Of a stretch of 64,000 bases of DNA, positions 46,021-54,673 are shown piece by piece. The stretch covers positions 17,314-81,313 of IMG/VR virus record IMGVR_UViG_3300010429_000979, one strand, 5' to 3'. A program made the position numbers and the translations under genes. Each line of letters opens with the position of its first letter. Positions within the stretch are counted from its first letter, which is position 1. A model generated the notes under the pieces. That model ran no database searches. It worked only from the letters and a program-made list of their open reading frames with translations, and was not told where the DNA came from. Source of the DNA: a virus (taxonomy: Duplodnaviria; Caudoviricetes).

Positions 46021-46987
46021 CGCTTGGAATATATTACTAGAAGAGGAACGAGTATCTTTATCCTTAGCTCATGGCCATAATAAATCGACTTGGCAAGCTG
46101 GGGAAATTATGAACAAGGCCCACTACAAATACATTGAGATTAAAAGGCGGGCTGAGTTTTTCCTAAAGACTTTCACTGAATACTATGATCTCTATCCAGA
46201 TTTCTGGCCAGAGAAATATGAGTTTCCTGAAGCTTTCAAGGAACTGATAGAATACACTATGATAGCCCGCATGCCATTAAAGGAATCGCTACTAAAGGTC
46301 TCATCCGGCGGTTATCAGATTGCCTCTTACAGGAACAGACAGATTACCCAGATCTTAGCCGATATGAAGGCTTCAAAGGATAGTCATGTAATCGATCTCT
46401 ATGAGCTAATCCTTGAATTTGACAGGTGGAACAATTTCAGAATCCTTCCTCCTAAATGCCAAGAACCCTCCGCATTCGAGAGAAGGAATAAAACAAGAGA
46501 ACTCAAATATATCAGGAGGTTGGCTAAATTACCTGAGTTTACTATCGCTAAGCTAAGGGAACGTTACGAATACAAAGGTAGTCATAAAAAACTTTATGTC
46601 ATCATCCTCTCAAAACACTTACCTAGCTATTTCTTAGTGATGGGGATAAAAGACATTGACAAACACGTCAGTGAAATGTCACGACTGGGTCTATTCGTAT
46701 TCAATGACTATGATAAGGCTTATAAATTTGCTTTACTTGTGGCTGAATACCTTTTCAGGGATGCTCCAAAGAAAGCCAATTACGGGCAAAGGTTTTGGCC
46801 TGACTACCGGGTCCAAGTAAAAGGGGCTATAAACTTTAAGGCCATATATCAGATAATCACTACAAAAACCTATCTTGAGAATGCCTATATTGACATGAAC
46901 CTATTAAAGGTCAGGAATAGGGATAAAGAAAAAGCTTCTTCAGGTGCTAAACCTTTGACACAAAGTGAGGCCATCTCAATGTTTTAA
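46010..46987 (+). CDS. Hypothetical protein
   Basis: 325-aa ORF coupled to the NusG-like gene. Confidence 0.6.
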   Translation: MNRNAWNILLEEERVSLSLAHGHNKSTWQAGEIMNKAHYKYIEIKRRAEFFLKTFTEYYDLYPDFWPEKYEFPEAFKELIEYTMIARMPLKESLLKVSSGGYQIASYRNRQITQILADMKASKDSHVIDLYELILEFDRWNNFRILPPKCQEPSAFERRNKTRELKYIRRLAKLPEFTIAKLRERYEYKGSHKKLYVIILSKHLPSYFLVMGIKDIDKHVSEMSRLGLFVFNDYDKAYKFALLVAEYLFRDAPKKANYGQRFWPDYRVQVKGAINFKAIYQIITTKTYLENAYIDMNLLKVRNRDKEKASSGAKPLTQSEAISMF

Positions 46988-47004
46988 AAAAGATATTTCC
47001 CTGA

Positions 47005-47045
47005 TCGTTGCATTGAGGATAAAGGTTTATTATATTTGCATTATA
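47005..47045 (+). promoter_or_regulatory. Bacteroidota sigma-A promoter
   Basis: TTG (47008-47010), 20-nt spacer, TATATTTG (47031-47038). Confidence 0.7.
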
Positions 47046-47090
47046 TTTATTTAATAAAATAATAATCCTAATCATGGAAACCCCATAATT

Positions 47091-48248
47091 ATGTATAACA
47101 AAACACTATACCGGCTTACAAAGTTGGATCAAATCCAGGTATTTCATATCTGGGTTGATGGGTTAACAAACACCCTGCATTCATCAAAGGGACATCTTGG
47201 AGGTGCCCAACAGGAGGATGCTAAAATCTTCCACGAGGGTAAAAACATTGGGAGGGCAAATGAAACATCTGCCTATGAACAGGCAATTTCAGAAGCCAAA
47301 TCAATGTTCAATAAGCTTCTCGATAAAGGTTATAAAGAAGAACCATTCAACATCGAAACAGCAGATGACAGGGCTGATCTTTGGTCATTCCTAAAGAAGC
47401 ATCAAGGAAAGGATGCTTCGGGTAATCTTCGCCCAATGCTGGCTCAGAAAAAACTGAAGATTACCAAATGGCCCGTCTACGTCCAAAGGAAATACGATGG
47501 TATCAGATCATTCTCAAGAATGGATGCTGATGGTGATATCCATGTTACTTCCCGCAATGGAAAGGAATTCGACTCACTCGACCATATCAAAGAATCCCTT
47601 AAACTCATTTACCCTTACGATAAAAACGTAGGTATCGTAAATGACACAGATATCATTGATGGTGAACTCTTTACCACATCCACTGATTTTCAGGGTATTG
47701 TCTCTGCAGTGAAAAGGAAACAAGAATCCAGTAAAAGGATAAAACTCAGGGTATACGATATAGGGTGTAATTTACCACAATCATATCGAATGGGGCTTAT
47801 CATGGGGTTCAGGGAAGAACTGGATATTCCAAACATCGAATTCGTTGAGACCTTCATTTGCTCAACTATGGAAAAGATTCTCGAATATCATGCCCAATTC
47901 ATTGCTGAAGGATACGAGGGAACTATGGTAAGGACCATGGATGGGCGCTATGAATACGGGAAACGATCCTGGTCACTTATGAAATACAAGGACTTCGACG
48001 AGGACGAATTTGAACTCATCGGTATGGAGGAAGCAACTGGCCGTGATGCTGGAACTGCAATCTTCGTACTCTCAGATGGGAAGGTAACATTCAGGGCAAG
48101 GCCAATGGGTGACAGGGATGTAAGGGCGGCACTCTGGGATGATCAACATCACCAAATCGGTAGGATGGTTACAGTTAAATATCAAGGTAAATCAAATACG
48201 GGGGTCCCAAGATTCCCAGTTGCTAAAGGTTTCAGAGACTATGAGTAA
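47091..48248 (+). CDS. ATP-dependent DNA ligase
   Basis: Motif I QRKYDGIR, DGELF, GYEGTMVR and LMKYK; C-terminal PRFP. Confidence 0.93.
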   Translation: MYNKTLYRLTKLDQIQVFHIWVDGLTNTLHSSKGHLGGAQQEDAKIFHEGKNIGRANETSAYEQAISEAKSMFNKLLDKGYKEEPFNIETADDRADLWSFLKKHQGKDASGNLRPMLAQKKLKITKWPVYVQRKYDGIRSFSRMDADGDIHVTSRNGKEFDSLDHIKESLKLIYPYDKNVGIVNDTDIIDGELFTTSTDFQGIVSAVKRKQESSKRIKLRVYDIGCNLPQSYRMGLIMGFREELDIPNIEFVETFICSTMEKILEYHAQFIAEGYEGTMVRTMDGRYEYGKRSWSLMKYKDFDEDEFELIGMEEATGRDAGTAIFVLSDGKVTFRARPMGDRDVRAALWDDQHHQIGRMVTVKYQGKSNTGVPRFPVAKGFRDYE

Positions 48249-48327
48249 ATTCATAATTATCATCGTAATCCTAATATTCGTGATGGGCCTTGGTGGAAAC
48301 AAGGACAATGGCCCACGAATGGGATAA
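48241..48327 (+). CDS. Small membrane peptide (28 aa)
   Basis: MSKFIIIIVILIFVMGLGG...; overlaps the ligase stop. Confidence 0.35.
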   Translation: MSKFIIIIVILIFVMGLGGNKDNGPRMG

Positions 48328-48350
48328 AATCGGAAGTACTATTAATTAAA

Positions 48351-48630
48351 ATAATGATAGTTCAGCGAAGTATATCAAATAGGAGTTTCGGACCAGGGTT
48401 CGAATCCCTGCACCTCCACATTATTGAGGGAGTTAGGCTCAGGCAAACCTCCCTGCCGTTACTCGGGGGTGACAGGCTTTTGACGGGGCTCAGTAAGGGT
48501 ACATGGAGAACTATTATCGCCAATAACTGGCAACGCTTACCAAATGAAGGCAGCTGCTTAATTAAGCACCTGTTTTCACCATGCTGGCAGACCATGGCCA
48601 TAGTCTGCCTCCCTTCGGGGATAAACAAGG
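48351..48630 (+). ncRNA. ssrA: Circularly permuted two-piece tmRNA
   Basis: Acceptor piece: GAGTTTC-GGAC, T-arm CAGGG-TTCGAAT-CCCTG (48394-48410), CACCTCC-A (48411-48418). Spacer: 46 nt. Coding piece: GGGGGTG (48465-48471) pairs with CACCTCC giving G3-U70; GGGGCTC pairs with GAGTTTC; GAACTATTAT (48508-48517) pairs with ATGATAGTTC (48354-48363); ATAACT-GGC resume site; tag GNAYQMKAAA-TAA (48529-48561). Confidence 0.92.
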
Positions 48631-48651
48631 AAATACTATTAAATATAAAAT

Positions 48652-49146
48652 ATGCAAACATTTCTCCCATACCCTAATTTCGAGGATTCAGTTAGAACCC
48701 TAGATAACAAGCGCTTAGGAAAACAAAGGGTTGAAGCTAAGCAATTACTAGACATTGTCGAAGGCCGTACCACTTCCTGGGCCAACCACCCTGCCGCTAA
48801 GATGTGGATGGGTTGTCCAGATGCCCTGAAATGGTACCTTTATTCCTGTATTACTGAATGGGAAAGGCGGGGATTCAACAACACGATGGCTAAACCATTT
48901 TTAACTTCTAATGACACTCCATACCCCTGGTGGCTTGGTGATGATGATTTCCACCGAACACATAGGGCAAGGCTACTTGAAAAGGATTTTAACCATTATC
49001 ATAAACTCTTTCCGGGAGATTGGCGATTTAACCAAGGCCTTTATATCTGGCCGGTAATGGAAACTCAAACATTCGAAATCATCATACCTAAAAAGGAAAA
49101 GAATTTAATCGATAAATCAAGACTCTTAAATTATCCGACACGATGA
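48652..49146 (+). CDS. Pyrimidine-dimer DNA glycosylase family protein (MSMEG_6728/DenV-like)
   Basis: MQTFLPY...LDNKRLGKQRVEAKQ...WANHPAAKMW signature. Confidence 0.82.
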   Translation: MQTFLPYPNFEDSVRTLDNKRLGKQRVEAKQLLDIVEGRTTSWANHPAAKMWMGCPDALKWYLYSCITEWERRGFNNTMAKPFLTSNDTPYPWWLGDDDFHRTHRARLLEKDFNHYHKLFPGDWRFNQGLYIWPVMETQTFEIIIPKKEKNLIDKSRLLNYPTR

Positions 49147-49322
49147 ACGCAAAAGAAAGGAAAGAACAACACGACAAGAACTACAAAAAGGCCAAAGAAA
49201 TTAGGGTGAAAATCCAAAAGGGCCAACCCACCACATTCCAAGAAAGGAACGTGATGAAAATCATTGAAAAGAAACTCAAAAAAGAAAAAGCCTTAAAAAA
49301 TGGCCAGAAACAAGGATCCTAA
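49143..49322 (+). CDS. Small basic hypothetical protein (59 aa)
   Basis: ATG overlaps the upstream stop; below the ORF-track cutoff. Confidence 0.45.
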   Translation: MNAKERKEQHDKNYKKAKEIRVKIQKGQPTTFQERNVMKIIEKKLKKEKALKNGQKQGS

Positions 49323-49839
49323 GGGGTTTGTTATTTCTAATGCCCAATCAGCATTACAGAAGCTAACCCTCCCAAACCTCAAACGACACTGTATCGTAAG
49401 GGGGATGCTGTTTGAAGACGTGGGAAATAAATCTATCCTCCAACTTCAATCATGGCTCATTCACCATTTCGATATGGATATCCATCCGGAAAAACTGGAT
49501 GAATACGATGACTGGGCTGATGCCTTACTTAAAAGCCGTAACGTGGATGAAACATTCCTCAACGCGGCTTTTAGGTTGGGCCATGTGGCTGAAAGGGATG
49601 AAGAAGGTAACGTTACCAAGGTAAAGCAGGTAAGGGGTATCAAGAAAAAGAAGAAAAGAAGAGAAAGGACCCAGGAAGGTATCTTTTCTGGAACTAAAAA
49701 AGCCTATACTGTGGAATTACAGAAACAGGGTCTTTCAAAGGCAGATGTAACTGAAATGGTAAAGGCAAAATTCCCAGATGCCAAGGATAAGTCCATCTCT
49801 ATTTGGTTTAACAAAGCTAAGAAAGGGACATTAAGATAA
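49300..49839 (+). CDS. Hypothetical protein, possible C-terminal HTH
   Basis: 179-aa ORF; basic C-terminal helical domain. Confidence 0.55.
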   Translation: MARNKDPKGFVISNAQSALQKLTLPNLKRHCIVRGMLFEDVGNKSILQLQSWLIHHFDMDIHPEKLDEYDDWADALLKSRNVDETFLNAAFRLGHVAERDEEGNVTKVKQVRGIKKKKKRRERTQEGIFSGTKKAYTVELQKQGLSKADVTEMVKAKFPDAKDKSISIWFNKAKKGTLR

Positions 49840-50117
49840 TGGATAACAGATACGCAAGGATTCATGTGGATATCGACTTATTGAGATTCTTTAGGGGAGC
49901 TCTAAGACACCATGATATCACAGAAAGGATCTTTGAAAATACAATGACGATTTATTTCTCCAAGAAACAGGTCGCTACGTATATAGAGAAAAACGGTCCT
50001 TGGCATATCGTAGGACATACGATTGTTGGAGATTTCGATTGGGAATACTTTAATCTTAAAAATCACGTAACTTATGGGCCGAGTCAGAGAGAAGAGGAAG
50101 AAGGACTTATTTCATAA
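49839..50117 (+). CDS. Hypothetical protein
   Basis: TAATG coupling to the upstream gene. Confidence 0.5.
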   Translation: MDNRYARIHVDIDLLRFFRGALRHHDITERIFENTMTIYFSKKQVATYIEKNGPWHIVGHTIVGDFDWEYFNLKNHVTYGPSQREEEEGLIS

Positions 50118-50679
50118 GGCTGTTCATGGAATCCCCGTTGATCTCCCAATGGGAACACTGGTAAAGAAATCGGGTAAAACCAAGAACCTTAGCCTAGTAC
50201 AGTATTACCTCGTTTTCTTAACAGAAAAGGGGGAATTTCGGTATATCGATCATCCCTTCGAAACTAAGGATCAGATGGAATTCATAGTGTCTAAGTATAA
50301 TCCTAAATTCACTCAGGAGTTTTATTGTGTAAGAGGAAAAGAGATAATCGAACAGCATATACTTCCAATCCGGAATAATGTAGGCTCAACTAAATATATG
50401 ATCTGGTCAGAAATAGTTAAGGTCTATTCCAAATATCAGTACCCAATAACCTGCATTACTGATAGTGAGAAAAAGAATTTCAGGAAACAGTATCGAAGAA
50501 GGGCTGCTAGATTCCATCCACTATATAAGGAAATCATGGATGGCTCATCAGAGAAATGGGACAATAGCATAGATCCTAAGGCAACGTCAAAGCAGCGACA
50601 TAGGACGAGGAAAAACGTTCGGGAAAGGCTAATGAACAGGCTTAGGAAGGAGATATTAATTAATTCTAGGAATTACTAA
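50074..50679 (+). CDS. Hypothetical basic protein
   Basis: 201-aa ORF in the operon. Confidence 0.55.
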   Translation: MGRVREKRKKDLFHKAVHGIPVDLPMGTLVKKSGKTKNLSLVQYYLVFLTEKGEFRYIDHPFETKDQMEFIVSKYNPKFTQEFYCVRGKEIIEQHILPIRNNVGSTKYMIWSEIVKVYSKYQYPITCITDSEKKNFRKQYRRRAARFHPLYKEIMDGSSEKWDNSIDPKATSKQRHRTRKNVRERLMNRLRKEILINSRNY

Positions 50680-50741
50680 GGATCACTCTAGTTCCAAGAT
50701 AGTAAGGAATAAAACGAGAAACTATTAATAATAAATTGGAT

Positions 50742-50978
50742 ATGAAATTCATTATCACAAAACATCAGGCCAATATCGAGGACGACGCCATTATCCCAAA
50801 CACCTCTATCACGGATGATGTTATTGAAATACCTGAGGAAAAACTAAATGATGGCCTCATTAATTGGGCTAAGAAATTAAAAGCCAAATCAGAATCAGAC
50901 AAATCGGTATGCAAAACACTGAAGCTTAAAACCTATAACCTTTACTTATTAACCAATCCCAAAACAGATGAAAATTAA
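50742..50978 (+). CDS. Hypothetical protein
   Basis: ATG 22 nt after an AACTATTA motif. Confidence 0.5.
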   Translation: MKFIITKHQANIEDDAIIPNTSITDDVIEIPEEKLNDGLINWAKKLKAKSESDKSVCKTLKLKTYNLYLLTNPKTDEN

Positions 50979-51597
50979 ACCAATTGCTTCACTAGTGGGG
51001 CAGACAATCGCTGAAGTCCTGGAAGTATCTCCTTATGGCCAGGCAATGATCACAATGGAAGACGGCACTGTCTTTATTGCCAGATCAGTACTCATCCTAA
51101 CCGGTGATGCACATGATCATGGTACAAAACCAAAAGCCGAAGCTCCTGCAAAGGAAGTTGCAAAACCTGCAGCTAAGCCGGCTCCTGAACCGGTAAAGGA
51201 AAAGAAGATGACCTTCGTTGATCTCGAAAACATGGACGAAGAAGAACTCTTTGACCTGATCGATGATGAGGACCTGGACATCAAAACCAAAGGCCTTGAT
51301 GAGGGCGAGCTCAGGCTAGCCATCGCAAAGGCGATGAAGATCGAGATTCCGGAAGATGTTACCGAGGAAGACGAGGATGATGACGACGAGGACGAAAAAC
51401 CTGCACCGAAAGCTGCGGTCAAAAACCCCGACATCACCTGGAAGGATCTGGTCGAATGCGATTATGATGATCTCTGCGAGGTTATCAAGGACTACAAAAT
51501 CAAGGGAGTTGATCCTGATGATTATGACGATGACACCATCAAAGGCTTCCGTAAGGCAATCGCCAAGAAATTGGAGATTGAGATTCCCGCCAAGTAA
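50968..51597 (+). CDS. Acidic protein with two repeated small helical domains
   Basis: Two copies of an L..m...eL..lI...R.aIak.l.ieiP module; D/E tracts; C-ending codon bias. Confidence 0.65.
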   Translation: MKIKPIASLVGQTIAEVLEVSPYGQAMITMEDGTVFIARSVLILTGDAHDHGTKPKAEAPAKEVAKPAAKPAPEPVKEKKMTFVDLENMDEEELFDLIDDEDLDIKTKGLDEGELRLAIAKAMKIEIPEDVTEEDEDDDDEDEKPAPKAAVKNPDITWKDLVECDYDDLCEVIKDYKIKGVDPDDYDDDTIKGFRKAIAKKLEIEIPAK

Positions 51598-51624
51598 TAT
51601 CCGGGGGGAGATTACAGGGAATCT

Positions 51625-51654
51625 AGGGGAGAGGGAAACCTCTCCCCTCTTTTT
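51625..51654 (+). terminator. Intrinsic terminator
   Basis: AGGGGAGAGG-GAAA-CCTCTCCCCT followed by CTTTTT. Confidence 0.85.
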
Positions 51655-51678
51655 CTAAACTCAAATATTAATAATGAT

Positions 51679-52068
51679 ATGGAAAAAATCGAACTCTACA
51701 AACTAGAATTTAGTATCCGCCAACATGTTGAACGGATAAAGGTAAAATTCAATGAAGCCACTCAGAACTATCTCAACGAGAACCATGATGCCGATTACCT
51801 TAAGGTTAAGAAATGGCAAGATCGTAACTGCAAGAGAGCGATCATGGAGTTCTTACTATCTCAACGTGTTCTTACTGAAACTCCTGAACACACAAAGAAG
51901 TGTAAGAAATGTATGGGTACGGGCCGCATTGGCTACAGGCCTGTTAAGCAGACCGAAAAGGATCCGGAGACTGGTAAGGTCATGACAAGGCTTAATGGTA
52001 AAGGGAAACCTCTCTATACCAATTACCCAATCCTTTGTGAATGTCTGATCGATATGATTGAATTATGA
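51679..52068 (+). CDS. Hypothetical Zn-finger-like protein
   Basis: CKKCMGTGRIG...CEC motif. Confidence 0.55.
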   Translation: MEKIELYKLEFSIRQHVERIKVKFNEATQNYLNENHDADYLKVKKWQDRNCKRAIMEFLLSQRVLTETPEHTKKCKKCMGTGRIGYRPVKQTEKDPETGKVMTRLNGKGKPLYTNYPILCECLIDMIEL

Positions 52069-52382
52069 ACCAAGTAACCTATTACATAGAAAGGATCAAG
52101 GCTATTAAACATAGGGCCAATGCTCTTTTGAAGAAGGCTCAAATGAAGCCTTATGCCAATAAGTTGGCAGAGGCCGAAGCTATGGCTTTTAGGCTTAAAC
52201 AACTCGGTTTGGAGCATAAGATCGTAATGGTCATCTATGAGGAAAACGGTACTGGAAACCAAAGGATTCAATTCTATACTAACCTTACTCCTGAAGAGGC
52301 CAATGATAAATTCTTTCTCGATTTCCCCGGTCAGGACCTATTGGAAGTCAGGGAGTTACCCTTTAACATCTCAGATGATTAA
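52065..52382 (+). CDS. Hypothetical protein
   Basis: ATGA coupling to the upstream gene. Confidence 0.5.
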   Translation: MNQVTYYIERIKAIKHRANALLKKAQMKPYANKLAEAEAMAFRLKQLGLEHKIVMVIYEENGTGNQRIQFYTNLTPEEANDKFFLDFPGQDLLEVRELPFNISDD

Positions 52383-52481
52383 CCTTCTCTAGTAAAATAA
52401 TTCCATTTCTGCAGTAGATACTAGATGCTATTTATATTTTTAATTCACAACCCTTAATTACTAACCAAAATCCACAACACA

Positions 52482-52913
52482 ATGTCAAAGGAAATCACTT
52501 ACGAAGAAGCTCAGGAACTGGTAAAAACTACCAAGGAAAACCTGAAAATGGCAAAAGCGGAACTCCGCGACTTCCGCAAGGAAAACAACATCAAAAAGGA
52601 CGATGTTCCTGAAGATGAGAAGCTTGCCAAAAAACTCGGAAAACTCGTTTCAAAAGTTGAGGCTCTCGAAGCTGAACTTGCAGAAGCTGACGAATTGGCC
52701 AAAGGCCTGAAACCGAAACGCTCAGGCGGATTTGCCAAAAAGTACGAATATCCCGAGGGGATGACGGACGACAAGGAGAAGAAGAAATACCGGGCTAAAA
52801 TGCGTCGCCAGAACAACAAAGCCGAAAAAGCAGAAGGCGATCCTACTGCCGAGGCTCCTGCCGAAAAGCCAGCCAAAAAGGAACGTAAAACTCCTGAAGT
52901 CGCCGAAGATTAA
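52482..52913 (+). CDS. Lys/Glu-rich coiled-coil protein
   Basis: Strong codon bias; YEYPEG...KKKYRAKMRR motif shared with 56221-56658. Confidence 0.65.
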   Translation: MSKEITYEEAQELVKTTKENLKMAKAELRDFRKENNIKKDDVPEDEKLAKKLGKLVSKVEALEAELAEADELAKGLKPKRSGGFAKKYEYPEGMTDDKEKKKYRAKMRRQNNKAEKAEGDPTAEAPAEKPAKKERKTPEVAED

Positions 52914-52940
52914 TCACAATCCAAGCGTTATTGAACTATC

Positions 52941-52982
52941 AAATAAGCTGGCCCCACCAAAGGAGTCAGCTTATTTGGTTTT
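52941..52982 (+). terminator. Intrinsic terminator
   Basis: AAATAAGCTGGCCCC-ACCAAA-GGAGTCAGCTTATTT followed by a T-rich tail. Confidence 0.75.
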
Positions 52983-53008
52983 ACAAGAGATTGGCAAAAG
53001 TTATGTCT

Positions 53009-53057
53009 AAGATCCTTTACAAGAGGATTTAGGTTTATTATATTTGCATTATAATTA
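53009..53057 (+). promoter_or_regulatory. Repeated early promoter (host sigma-A type), copy A
   Basis: AAGATCCTTTACAAGAGGATTTAGGTTTATTATATTTGCATTATAATT; TATATTTG at 53039-53046. Confidence 0.78.
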
Positions 53058-53080
53058 ATTAATATAAATATCCCAAACAC

Positions 53081-53911
53081 ATGAACAAGGAAATCCAAAA
53101 AAAGATCCGCATCCAGCTCTATGATCCCGAATTCAACCACTTCTCAGACAGGTTGGTTGAACAGGACACAGAGCTAGCTAAGGGGCCTGCGGAAGAACAC
53201 AAAGGGCCCATGAAAATCGAAGTCTCACTATTTGATCAAGAGGATATTGAGAAATTCAAAAAATACCTCGATCAACTCATTGGGATATTACCGAGGGAAA
53301 CTAAGGTACCTGGAAAACGGGGCAGACCTAAACTCTCAACGGATTCAATGGATGGTTCTCATGAGGAACTGGTTAAAACCATTCTCTTCGAAATTGAAAA
53401 GGGGATCATCGAAAATCAGGAACAGCTTATCGAATCTCTCAGGACTATGGATTTCAAATTCCTCACCCTCGATTTCATTGAGGATCTGGAATTAAAATTC
53501 AAACCCGAGGAAGAACATGAGGACTCATACCAATGGATGATGCCCTGCATTAAGGAAGCTAAGGACCCTGCCAATGATAAATATGATCCGAAGCTGGTAT
53601 TCGGTATCAGGATCATGGGTAAGAAAATCCCTAAATTCGTTATCTACCTTCACGGAGAACTGGTTGAGAATTGCCCTATCTCATTACCTTGGGGCAAGGA
53701 AAACTCCTATAACATTCACAAGACGGATATGGCTAAATTCCCAGTCTACATGAGGTTACAGGAAGAACGGGATGCTTTCCGTAAGGCCATTCGTGATTTG
53801 CAACGTGACCCTGAAATGCGGGTCCCGAAAATAGTACGTCGCTGGTACCAGGATGTGGAATTTGCCTACAAAGAGGAAGTTGAGAAAAGGCTTGCCGCAG
53901 AACAGGAATAA
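53081..53911 (+). CDS. Hypothetical protein with AT-hook-like motif
   Basis: PGKRGRPK motif. Confidence 0.6.
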   Translation: MNKEIQKKIRIQLYDPEFNHFSDRLVEQDTELAKGPAEEHKGPMKIEVSLFDQEDIEKFKKYLDQLIGILPRETKVPGKRGRPKLSTDSMDGSHEELVKTILFEIEKGIIENQEQLIESLRTMDFKFLTLDFIEDLELKFKPEEEHEDSYQWMMPCIKEAKDPANDKYDPKLVFGIRIMGKKIPKFVIYLHGELVENCPISLPWGKENSYNIHKTDMAKFPVYMRLQEERDAFRKAIRDLQRDPEMRVPKIVRRWYQDVEFAYKEEVEKRLAAEQE

Positions 53912-53939
53912 CCAGGATATACTATTATAAAATAAAGAT

Positions 53940-54383
53940 ATGCAAATAAGAATCGCATTCCCACTACTACCTGAGCAGAGAGAAATCCTGCTCAAGGTAG
54001 TGTCTATTCAAACCAAGTCCATACTTAACATCTATGAAAAGCTTTATGCTGATCCTGAGTATCATGATGAACTCATGGACATGGGCTTTTCACAGGATAA
54101 GATGCTGGATAATTTACCCGACATCCTTGCTCACTTTGAGAAAATCAAGGAAAACCCAGAAGATTGGGAAGTACCAATGCCCATCTTCTATCTGGTAAAG
54201 TACATCATCAAATTATGGACCCCAGAATTTCTTAAACAATATCCAGAAGAGGGGCAATTTATCCTCTTCGACATGTTCCTTAAAATGTCAGAAATTGAAT
54301 TCGGCATTACAACCGAAATCGATGACGAGGGAAATATGACAATCAGGGATAAAGTAACTAACGAAATAATACAGCAATCATGA
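53940..54383 (+). CDS. Hypothetical protein
   Basis: ATG 20 nt after TACTATTA. Confidence 0.55.
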   Translation: MQIRIAFPLLPEQREILLKVVSIQTKSILNIYEKLYADPEYHDELMDMGFSQDKMLDNLPDILAHFEKIKENPEDWEVPMPIFYLVKYIIKLWTPEFLKQYPEEGQFILFDMFLKMSEIEFGITTEIDDEGNMTIRDKVTNEIIQQS

Positions 54384-54595
54384 ACATGGTAAAAGTAGAA
54401 TCCAGTAACATCGATGCTATCGGTTACGAACCAGCTAAAAAGGAACTTAGGATTCGTTTCAAATCTGGTCAGACCTATAAGTATACACCGGTCACCCAAA
54501 AGGGCTATGAGGACTTCCTTAGTGCAGATTCAAAAGGCAAGTACTTTCACAAAAACATCAAGGACAACGCTACCCTTAGTTTTGAGAAAGTTTAG
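54380..54595 (+). CDS. KTSC-domain protein
   Basis: VESSNIDAIGY...LRIRFKSGQTYKY...FLSADSKGKYFHKNIK. Confidence 0.9.
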   Translation: MNMVKVESSNIDAIGYEPAKKELRIRFKSGQTYKYTPVTQKGYEDFLSADSKGKYFHKNIKDNATLSFEKV

Positions 54596-54600
54596 CAAAA

Positions 54601-54658
54601 GATAGCACCAAGATCCTTTACAAGAGGATAAAGGTTTTATATATTTGCATTATAATTA
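54601..54658 (+). promoter_or_regulatory. Repeated early promoter, copy B
   Basis: GATAGCACCAAGATCCTTTACAAGAGGATAAAGGTTTTATATATTTGCATTATAATT. Confidence 0.78.
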
Positions 54659-54673
54659 TTTAATATATATCAC

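Noticed and set aside
48383-48420. Stand-alone tRNA or tRNA fragment (e.g. an att site)
   Set aside because: There is no D arm or anticodon arm upstream, its acceptor partner lies downstream followed by a tag frame, and no integrase is present
48354-48677. ORF-track ORFs 48354-48677 (+) and 48362-48670 (-)
   Set aside because: They overlap the structured tmRNA gene, have no protein-like features, and are better explained as chance frames in GC-richer RNA-coding DNA
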